64,000 nucleotides of DNA from Eledone cirrhosa. Its lineage: Eukaryota. A program made the position numbers and the translations under genes. Below, one piece after another: positions 53,215 to 64,000 of this stretch. The stretch lies in the NCBI GenBank assembly GCA_964016885.1, contig OZ024749.1:8866001-8930000 (forward strand), in the 5' to 3' direction. The notes below the pieces were generated by a model that was not told where the DNA came from, ran no database searches, and worked only from the letters and a program-made list of their open reading frames with translations. The first letter of the stretch is position 1; the number at the start of each line of letters is the position of its first letter.

Positions 53215-54968
53215 GCCTTATCTTCTCTATAAGCCACCTTACCCTCTCTATAAGCTGTCGTATCATCTCTATAAGCCACTTTAACCTCTCTATAATCCTA
53301 CTCTAAGTCACGTTACCCTCTCTATAAGCTGTTTTATCCTCTCTATAAACAATCTTGCCTTCTCTATAAGCTGTATTATGCTCACTATAAGCCACCTTAA
53401 CCTCTCTATAAGCTGTTTTTATCCTCTCTACAAGCCACCTTACCCTCTCTATAAGCTGTCGTATCATCTCTATAAGCCACCTTACCCTCTCTATAATCCC
53501 ACCATAAGCCACCTTACCCTCACTATAAGCTGTCTTATCCTCACTATAAGCTGTCTTATCCTCACTATAAGCTGTATTATCCTCACTATAAGCTGTATTA
53601 CCCTCACTATAAGCCACCTTACCCTCTCTATAAGCTGTAATATCCTCATTATAAGCTGTATTACCCTCACTATAAGCCACCTTACCCTCTCTATAAGCCA
53701 CCTTACCCTCTCTATAAGCCACCTTACCCTCACTATAAGCCACCTTACCCTCACTATAGGCTGTATTATCCTCTCTATAAGCCACCTTACCCTCTCTATA
53801 AGCCACCTTACCCTCACTATAAGCCACCTTACCCTCACTATAAGCTGTCTTATCCTCACTATAAGCTGTATTACCCTCACTATAAGTCACCTTACCCTCT
53901 CTATAAGCTGTATTACCCTCACTATAAGCCACCTTACCCTCACTATAAGCTGTATTACCCTCACTATAAGCCACCTTACCCTCACTATAAGCCACCTTAC
54001 CCTCACTATAAGCCACCTTACCCTCACTATAAGCCACCTTACCCTCACTATAAGCCACCTTACCCTCACTATAAGCTGTATTACCCTCACTATAAGCCAC
54101 CTTACCCTCACTATAAGCCACCTTACCCTCACTATAAGCCACTTTACCCTCACTATAAGCTGTATTACCCTCACTATAAGCCACCTTACCCTCACTATAA
54201 GCCACCTTACCCTCACTATAAGCTGTATTACCCTCACTATAAGCCACCTTACCCTCACTATAAGCCACCTTACCCTCACTATAAGCCACTTTACCCTCAC
54301 TATAAGCTGTATTACCCTCACTATAAGCCACCTTACCCTCACTATAAGCCACCTTACCCTCACTATAAGCCACTTTACCCTCACTATAAGCTGTATTATC
54401 CTCACTATAAGCCACCTTACCCTCTCTATAAGCCACCTTACCCTCACTATAACCTGTATTATCCTCTCTATAAGCCACCTTACCCTCTCTATAAGCTGTA
54501 TTATCCTCACTATAAGCTGTATTACCCTCACTATAAGCCATCTTACCCTCTCTATAAGCCACCTTACCCTCTCTATAAGCCACCTTACCCTCTCTATAAG
54601 CTGTATTATCCTCACTATAAGTCACCTTACCCTCTCTATAAGCTGTATTATCCTCTCTATAAGCCACCTTACCCTCTCTATAAGCCACCTTACCCTCACT
54701 ATAAGCCACCTTACCCTCACTATAAGCTGTATTATCCTCTCTATAAGCTGTCTTATCCTCACTATAAGCTGTATTACCCTCACTATAAGTCACCTTACCC
54801 TCTCTATAAGCTGTATTACCCTCACTATAAGTCACCTTACCCTCTCTATAAGCTGTATTACCCTCACTATAAGCCACCTTACCCTCACTATAAGCCACCT
54901 TACCCTCTCTATAAGCTGTATTATCCTCACTATAAGCCACCTTACCCTCACTATAAGTCACCTTACCT
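53215..54968. repeat. 21-bp minisatellite, about 80 units
   Basis: Units ataagccaccttaccctcact and ataagctgtattaccctcact plus variants. Confidence 0.95.
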
Positions 54969-55194
54969 CCTCAATATCCCTATCATATTATTGCCAAATC
55001 ACCCCGCCACTCGTAACACCGCCATTATTATCACGAACATATTTTTTAACTTTAATTTCTCAGTACAACTTCTTAGAAGATTATTTCAGAAAATAAAAGA
55101 TGTCTTAACTTTCATTAAAGTCACGAGTTAATTAATTTGATAATGTAATTTCCTGACTTATATTTGGTTTATCTAGTGCGAAATTATTGTTTAT

Positions 55195-56165
55195 ACACAC
55201 ATACAAATAATATATATGTATACACACACATACCAATAATCATATACATATATACACACATACAAATAATATATATGTATACACACACATACAAATAATC
55301 ATATACATATATACACACATACAAATAATATATATGTATACACACACATACAAATAATCATATACATATATACACACATACAAATAATATATATGTATAC
55401 ACACACATACAAATAATCATATACATATATACACACATACAAATAATATATATGTATACACACACATACAAATAATCATATACATATATACACACACATA
55501 CAAATAATCATATACATATATACACACATACAAATAATATATATGTATACACACACATACAAATAATCATATACATATATACACACACATACAAATAATC
55601 ATATACATATATACACACATACAAATAATATATATGTATACACACACATACAAATAATCATATACATATATACACACATACAAATAATATATATGTATAC
55701 ACACACATACAAATAATCATATACATATATACACACCTAGAAATAATATATATGTATACACACACATACAAATAATCATATACATATATACACACATACA
55801 AATAATATTTATGTATACACACACATACAAATAATCATATACATATATACACACACATACAAATAATCATATACATATATACACACATACAAATAATATA
55901 TATGTATACACACACATACAAATAATCATATACATATATACACACATACAAATAATATATATGTATACACACACATACAAATAATCATATACATATATAC
56001 ACACATACAAATAATATATATGTATACACACACATACAAATAATCATATACATATATACACACATCAAATAATATATATGTATACACACACATACAAATA
56101 ATCATATACATATATACACACATACAAATAATCATATACATATATACACAAACATACATATAATC
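55195..56165. repeat. Alternating 29/30-bp minisatellite (about 59-bp higher-order unit)
   Basis: catacaaataatatatatgtatacacaca alternating with catacaaataatcatatacatatatacaca. Confidence 0.9.
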
Positions 56166-57164
56166 ATATACAAATATGTATACATTACTACCATCAAACA
56201 CGCACACCTACATATATATATATATATATGTGTGTGGATGTGTGTGTGTGTGTGTGTTTATACATTGAACAATATATCCGCATATGTATATATTCAAGAG
56301 AGACTTACTTTTCAATATATATATATATATATATGCATACATACATATACATACATATATATATACATATACATACATATATATATATGAATATATACGT
56401 ACGTATATATGTGTATATATACATATATATATATGTATGTACATATTTATATATATGTATACCTGCATGTGTATATAAATGTATATATATATATGTGTCA
56501 GTGTGTGTGTGTGTGTGTGTATGAATATATATATACATGCATACGTACTCACACACATACACACATTCACACATACATACAAACGCAAACGCATACACAC
56601 GCACATACACACACACACACATCGACACACACACACACATACATACACACGCACACATACATACACACACACACATACACACACGCACATACACACATAC
56701 ACATACACACACACACAAAAACACGCACATCCACACACATATACACACATACACACACACATATATATATACATACACATCCACACATCCACCCACACAC
56801 ACCCATCCACACACACACACATACACACACACACATCCACATCCACACACACATACACACAAACACATACACACAAACACATCCACACACACACACGCAT
56901 ACACACAAACACACACACATCCACACACACACATCCACACACACATCCACACACACACACACACCCACACACACACACCCATCCACACAGACACACACAT
57001 CCACACACACCCACACACCCACATATACCAGTACACAGTAGTATAACATGTATAACACTAATGAGCCGCCATGTTTAATGAAATAGTTTCTATCTACTTA
57101 ATAGAATATTACCTCGCGTGAGATGATGAGTTGTTGCATGGAAATATCGTACACAAATATAGTG

Positions 57165-57857
57165 TTGTTGTTATTGTTGTTGTTGTGGTGATGGAGGTGT
57201 AGTGGTGGTGGTGGTGGTCGTGGTGGTGGTGGTGTAGTTGTAGTGTGGTGGTAGTGTAGTTGTAGTGTGGTGGTAGTGTAGTGGTAGTGTGGTGGTGGTG
57301 TAGTGGTGGTGGTGGTGGTGGTGGTGGTGGTGGTGGTGGTGGTAGTGGTGGTGTAGTTGTAGTGTGGTGGTGGTGTAGTGGTGGTGGTGGTGTAGTGGTG
57401 ATGGAGGTGTAGAGGTGGTGGTGGTGATGGTGGTGGTGTAGTTGTAGTGTGGTGGTGGTGTAGTCGTGGTGGTGGTGGTGGTGGTGGTGGTGGTGGTGGT
57501 GGTAGTGGTGGTGTAGTTGTAGTGTGGTGGTGGTGTAGTGGTGGTGGTGGTGTAGTGGTGATGGAGGTGTAGAGGTGGTGGTGGTGATGGTGGTGGTGTA
57601 GTTGTAGTGTGGTGGTGGTGTAGTGGTGGTGGTGTAGTTGTAGTGGTGGTGGTGTAGTGGTGGTGGTGGTGGTGTAGTGGTGGTGGTGTAATGGTGGTGG
57701 TGGTGGTGTAGTTGTAGTGTGGTGGTGGTGTAATGGTGGTGGTGTAGTGGTGGTGGTGGTGGTGTATTGGTGGTGGTGGTGGTGGTGGTGTAGTGGTGGT
57801 GTAGTGGTGGTGGTGGTGTAGTGGTGGTGGTGTAGTGGTGGTGGTGTAGTGGTGGTG
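57165..57857. repeat. (GGT)/(GTA) compound repeat
   Basis: Direct reading. Confidence 0.9.
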
Positions 57858-57967
57858 ATTCCAGTTCCCCAGTGAAATAACAACCCAACCAGGAACTGGG
57901 CATATCAGAGTATTGACAAAATTATACACCTCAACAACATGTACTTGTCTATACCACACTAATTCGG

Positions 57968-58022
57968 ACTGCCTGAAGAGGTGACAGCCAAAGATGGCTG
58001 TCACCGAAATATATATAGCAGT
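57968..58022 (+). ncRNA. Type I hammerhead ribozyme, textbook core
   Basis: ACUGC-CUGAAGA-GGUGACAGCCA-aaga-UGGCUGUCACC-GAAA-UAUAUA-UA-GCAGU; perfect 5-bp stem I and 11-bp stem II. Confidence 0.88.
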
Positions 58023-58066
58023 AATAAACGAAGCTAAATGTTAAACATTTGACTTTTATTTTACTT

Positions 58067-58119
<53 letters not shown>

Positions 58120-58261
58120 CATATATTTCTATTTACTGATGAAGGACTAGCGTCCAAGACGTTAAAACTCTTTTCCTTCTACATCAAGCGTAAAACTAAT
58201 ATATTTCTTCATTCTAATGCGTCGTTTGCTTTGTTATTTCTGCTTGCATTTTATGTATACG

Positions 58262-58309
<48 letters not shown>

Positions 58310-58322
58310 AGTGAGTGTATAA

Positions 58323-58389
<67 letters not shown>

Positions 58390-58747
58390 TATATATAGTA
58401 TATATATATATATATATTCTATTATCTCGGACTTTTGCCTCAAGGAAATTTACAAAGTAAACAAATACACAATCTCAAACACATATATACACTTACATAC
58501 ACTTACACATAGTTACATTCTCAAACTTACACTTACACACACACTTATAAACACATACATACACTCTCAAACACACACACACATACATACAATCTAAAGC
58601 ACACACACATACATACAGTCTAAACCACACACACACACATACAGTCTAAGCCACACACATACATACACATATTTCCCACCCAAATCAAGTCATTAACGTA
58701 ATTTTCTTCTTGTTTGTTTGTATTTTTTATTATATTTTGCTTTTTTG

Positions 58748-59350
58748 GTGGGGGGGGGTCCATGTTTTAGTGGGGGGGGACAGGGTTTCGTTCTTTGTGT
58801 TTGTTGGGGCTTCCACGTTTTAGTGGGGGGACAGGGTTCCCTGTTTTGTGTCTGTTGGGGGGTTCCATGTTTTAATGGGGGGACAGGATTTCGTTCTTTG
58901 TGTCTGTTGGGGAGTTCCATGTTTTAGTGGGGGGGACAGGGTTTCGTTCTTTGTGTCTGTTGTGGGGTTCCATGTTTTAGTGGGGGGGACAGGGTTTCGT
59001 TCTTTGTGTCTGTTGTGGGGTTCCATGTTTTAGTGGGGGGGGACAGGGTTTCGTTCTTTGTGTCTGTTGTAGGGTTCCATGTTTTAGTGGGGGGGGGACA
59101 GGATTTCGTTCTTTGTGTCTGTTGTGGGGTTCCATGTTTTAGTGGGGGGGGGACAGGGTTTCGTTCTTTGTGTCTGTTGGGGAGTTCCATGTTTTAGTGG
59201 GGGGGACAGGGTTTCGTTCTTTGTGTCTGTTAGGGAGTTCCATGTTTTAGTGGGGGGGACAGGGTTTCGTTCTTTGTGTCTGTTGTAGGGTTCCATGTTT
59301 TAGTGTGGGGGGGGGGAAAGGATTTCGTTCTTTGTGTTTGTTGGGGGAGG
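58748..59350. repeat. ~53-bp minisatellite, about 11 units, with G-runs
   Basis: ttccatgttttagt(g)nacagggtttcgttctttgtgtctgttgtgggg. Confidence 0.9.
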
Positions 59351-59799
59351 GGGTTCTTGTTATAATGGGGGAGGCCCTCGTCCTTTCTGTTGCTTCTATT
59401 TATTATTTTTTTGTTATATTTGATTTGATTTTGTTTCACAAAAATCAATTATTTGGATTTTGCATATTTCATGTTTTCATGTTACTACTACCATTACCAC
59501 AAGTTCCACCACCAGTACCACCACTATACCACCACTATACCACCACCACCACCACCACCACCACCACCACCACCACCACTATACCACCGCCACCACCACC
59601 ACTATACCACCACCACCACTAAACCACCACCACCACTACTACCACCACCACCACTACTACCACCAACACCATTACCACCACCACCACCACCACTACCACC
59701 ACCACCACTACTACCACCAACACCATTACCACCACCACCACCACTACCACCACCACCACTACCACCACCACCACCACCACGTGTATGTGTGTGTGTGGT

Positions 59800-60118
59800 G
59801 TTTGGGTTTTCCATGTAAACAAATTTTAACAATGTTAAAAAATAGAAGATAATAAAATTAAAACAAAGAAGGTCCCTCAATAGGGTGAAGACGTTTGAGG
59901 GTCATTGGTAAAAAAAGACCCCCAAAACCCCAGATGCCCTGATATCTAGAGCCCTGTCCCAGTTGTACTCCTCCAGTCGACAGGTGCACACTCAGAGTGG
60001 GCCCATTCACTCGGGCCCATTCAGAGCGGACCCATGCTCACTACTGTCACTCACCTTTCAACAAATTCCTTTTGAAGGCAGCACTTCTCTCTCTACCCTC
60101 GTTTTTCCCCTCAAGTCA
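59800..60118 (-). mobile_element. Degenerate 3' end of L1/Tx1-type LINE
   Basis: KTRVEREVLPS...NGP matches the end of ORF 21620-22201 (RIRMEREVLHPS...VNGP). Confidence 0.6.
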
Positions 60119-60119
60119 A

Positions 60120-60121
60120 GC

Positions 60122-60155
<34 letters not shown>

Positions 60156-60922
60156 GCCACTGCACAACAACAATAACAACAACAACAGCAGTCACAACAA
60201 GGACAACAACAGCCACTGCACAACAATAGCAACAACAGCCACTGCACAACAACAGCAACAACAATAACAACAACAGCAGCCACAACAACAACAACAACAG
60301 CCACTGCACAACAACAGCAACAACAATAACAACAACAACAGCAGCCACAACAACAACAACAACACCCACTGCACAACAACAATAACAACAACAACAGCAG
60401 TCACAACAAGGACAACAACAGCCACTGCACAACAATAGCAACAACAGCCACTGCACAACAACAGCAACAACAATAACAACAACAACAGCAGCCACAACAA
60501 CAACAACAACAGCCACTGCACAACAACAGCAACAACAATAACAACAACAACAGCAGCCACAACAACAACAATAACAGCCACTGCACAATAACAATAACAA
60601 CAACAACAGCAGTCACAACAAGGACAACAACAGCCACTGCACAACAATAGCAACAACAGCCACTGCACAACAACAGCAACAACAATAACAACAACAACAG
60701 CAGCCACAACAACAACAACAACAGCCACTGCACAACAACAGCAACAACAATAACAACAACAACAGCAGCCACAACAACAACAACAACACCCACTGCACAA
60801 CAACAGCAACAACCACAACAGCAACCACAATAACAACAACAACAACACCACCATTATCGCCAGCACCAACACTAACACCACCATTATTACAACTAGCTAC
60901 AACAACAACAACAACAACAACA
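60120..60922. repeat. (CAA)-based minisatellite with cagccactgcaca interruptions
   Basis: Direct reading. Confidence 0.9.
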
Positions 60923-61009
60923 GTAACCATCAGCTGTCACCAATCGTCAATGTCGGAGAATTGCAGAATCTGTTTCCATACTTTCAATTTACTTTCTTCT
61001 TCGTCTTCT

Positions 61010-61760
61010 CCTCCTCCTCCTCTACCACTCCCTTCCCACCACCGCCACCTCCTGCTCCTCTACTCTCCTCCCCCACCTCCACCACATCCCCCTCCTCTAC
61101 CACTCCCTTCCCACCACCGCCACCTCCTGCTCCTATACTCTCCTCCCCCACCTCCACCACATCCCCTCCTCTACCACTCCCTTCCCACCACCGCCACCTC
61201 CTGCTCCTCTACTCTCCTCCCCCACCTCCACCACATCCCCCTCCTCTACCACTCCCTTCCCACCACCGCCACCTCCTGCTCCTCTACTCTCCTCCCCCAC
61301 CTCCACCACATCCCCCTCCTCTACCACTCCCTTCCCACCACCGCCACCTCCTGCTCCTATACTCTCCTCCCCCACCTCCACCACATCCCCTCCTCTACCA
61401 CTCCCTTCCCACCACCGCCACCTCCTGCTCCTCTACTCTCATCCCCCACCTCCACCACATCCCCCTCCTCTACCACTCCCTTCCCACCACCGCCTCCTGC
61501 TCCTCTACTCTCCTCCCCCACCTCCACCACATCCCCCTCCTCTACCACTCCCTTCCCACCACCGCCACCTCCTGCTCCTATACTCTCCTCCCCCACCTCC
61601 ACCACATCCCCCTCCTCTACCACTCCCTTCCCACCACCGCCACCTCCTGCTCCTCTACTCTCATCCCCCACCTCCACCACACCCCCCTCCTCTACCACTC
61701 CCTTCCCACCACCGCCTCCTGCTCCTCTACTCCCTCCCCCACCACATCCCCGCTCCTCCA
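61010..61760. repeat. 75-bp C-rich minisatellite, about 10 units
   Basis: ctcctctaccactcccttcccaccaccgccacctcctgctcctctactctcctcccccacctccaccacatcccc. Confidence 0.92.
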
Positions 61761-62399
61761 CCCTCCTCACCCCCTTCCCCTCTCTACAAATACTAATATC
61801 CACTAATCACAGACATCTCCATTCCATTTCACCAATAACTCTCTATTTCCCTGCAATGGTGGAATTGGTTTCCTTTACATATGGATATTGGTTTACATAG
61901 GTTTAGGTACAACAAACACGCACACACACACATGCACACACACACACACATGTACACACACACACACATGCACACACACACATGCACACATGCACACACA
62001 CACATGCACACAAACACACATGCACACACACACACACACACACACAAACATACAGACTCACACACAATCACACACATGCACACACATGCACACACACATG
62101 CACACACACACATGCACACACACACACACATGTACACACACACACACATGCACACACACACACACGCATACACACACACACAAACACACAGACTCACACA
62201 CAAGCACACACACACAAACACACAAACACACATACACACACACAAACACTCACACACATGAACACACACACATGTATGCATATATATACATACATACGTG
62301 TATATATATATATATATGTGTGTGTGCGCGTTTTTGTTTGTATGTATATATCTATATGTGCATCTATACATATATACATATATACATATATACACACAC

Positions 62400-62493
<94 letters not shown>

Positions 62494-62786
62494 GTGGGTA
62501 GGGAGGTAGGTAGATAGTAGATAGATACCCCCACACACACATACACACATACACACTCACACATACACACTCACACATACACACATGCACACGCGTATAT
62601 ATCTGTATACACAGTAAATATGTTATTAATGACCAGTTTAAACTGAAAGAACCACAGATAAATAAGTTATTCACTACTTAGTGTACAGAGGAAATATCTA
62701 GTTATGTGCTTCTTACAAGACTAGTTCTGTTCCGTCGAATAGAGCTGTTCTGGGGACATATATGTATATAAATATAGTGAATGTCT

Positions 62787-62895
62787 GTGGCTGAGTGGTT
62801 AGGGAATTGGATTCGCAATCGTGAGTTTGTGAGTTTGATTCCTGGACCAGGCAATGCGTTGTTTCCTTGAACAAGACACTTTATTTCACGTTGCT
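62787..62895 (+). mobile_element. tRNA-derived SINE family 2 (CORE-like), 3'-truncated
   Basis: gtggctgagtggttaggg A box, gagtttgattcctgg B box, ccttgaacaagacactttatttcacgttgct. Confidence 0.7.
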
Positions 62896-62985
62896 TCTTC
62901 TACCTGGAGAAGTATTAACAATTGGAAAGACCAACGGAAACATTGTTTCCTCGGTCCGATTTGACGAAAGTCAATCGACTGTCGA

Positions 62986-63024
<39 letters not shown>

Positions 63025-63094
63025 GAAGTAATTCCGTCGGAAAAGTCCAGGAAAAAAGAGTGCTGTATGTAGGTAACAGAGCTTAATAGTTATA

Positions 63095-63175
<81 letters not shown>

Positions 63176-63393
63176 GAATAATCGAGAATCGGAATTTCAG
63201 CCCACGAAATCACGATAAACAATATCCGATATATGTGGCAGAGGGCTCAATAATTTGTAAAAATCAGAGCTGTAACTATCGTTAAAATACCAACACATAG
63301 AGGTCATGCCTAAAATCACCCATGCAGCCGAAAATAAACGACCAGGAAGATTCGGGTCACTCAAATAAAATATCAATAAATTAATAAATTAAA

Positions 63394-63430
<37 letters not shown>

Positions 63431-63661
63431 AGTGTAACTTGGAGTTACTGTAGTTTCACCCGGGTGAGCACTCGATGTTTAGGTTCACTTCAGTGTCGAG
63501 GTGTAGAGCTAGACAGAGTGTATTATATTGAAAAGATAACAACTACAGGCGAAAACATCCCCCTGATCTATTCCACCAATCAAAACAATCCTTATTGTCC
63601 AACATATGCACTTCTGACTTTATCATATAGCATGTATTCATTTTCTACTAGTATTTTAAGG

Positions 63662-63746
63662 GGTCCGTCGAGCTGTGGATTACAGAGTCGGGTAAGATCG
63701 ATAGAGATCGAACCTTGAGCTGATCAGTGGCGAAACGCGCGTCACC
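63662..63746 (+). ncRNA. Hammerhead-like motif family D, variant core CCGUCGA
   Basis: GGU-CCGUCGA-GC...GC-GAAA-CGCGCG-UC-ACC; stem I GGU/ACC. Confidence 0.5.
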
Positions 63747-63794
63747 AACCAATAAATGTAATGAAGGAGTAACCAATCGTCCTTGTTATCTTTT

Positions 63795-63827
<33 letters not shown>

Positions 63828-63857
63828 ATCAAAAGATGGTTAAAAGAGTTCCAAGTA

Positions 63858-63924
63858 TTTTATTATGTGCATTTCCAAAACAAATATCATGATGGGATGA
63901 TATCCGCGTTCTCATCAGATAAAA
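63858..63924 (-). ncRNA. Type I hammerhead family F, second copy
   Basis: UUUUAU-CUGAUGA-GAACgcgGAUAUCAU...AUGAUAUUuGUUUUg-GAAA-UGCACA-UA-AUAAAA. Confidence 0.6.
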
Positions 63925-64000
63925 TAGGGAGACATGATATGAAGCTTAAAAAACACTTGTGAGCAGTGAAGTTTTAAATCAACATTTGAAAAATAAAATA

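Overview
AT-rich, extremely microsatellite-rich eukaryotic DNA, most likely an octopus or other cephalopod intron or intergenic region (inferred from the SINE types and the (TA)n/(CA)n/(CATA)n content). I found no supportable host protein-coding exon, and nearly all long ORFs in the track are translations of simple repeats. Real coding remnants are all retroelements: two Penelope-like elements (RT and GIY-YIG), a near-full-length L1/Tx1-type LINE plus fragments, restriction-like-endonuclease (R4/Dong-like) LINEs in (CATA)n and (TAA)n tracts, RTE 3' ends and a CR1/L2-type fragment. There are also about 25 tRNA-derived SINE copies, a mariner MITE and several minisatellites. The most striking signal is that many short 'unique' islands between (TA)n tracts carry type I hammerhead ribozyme motifs. 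I read about 20 motifs from roughly a dozen sequence families, several with intact catalytic cores, palindromic stem III and unusually long stem II insertions. Many of these islands are fold-back (inverted-repeat) mini-elements whose duplicated arm starts at or near the predicted cleavage site. This looks like a diverse population of non-autonomous, ribozyme-bearing Penelope-pLTR or retrozyme-like elements. All structures were read by eye and not computed.
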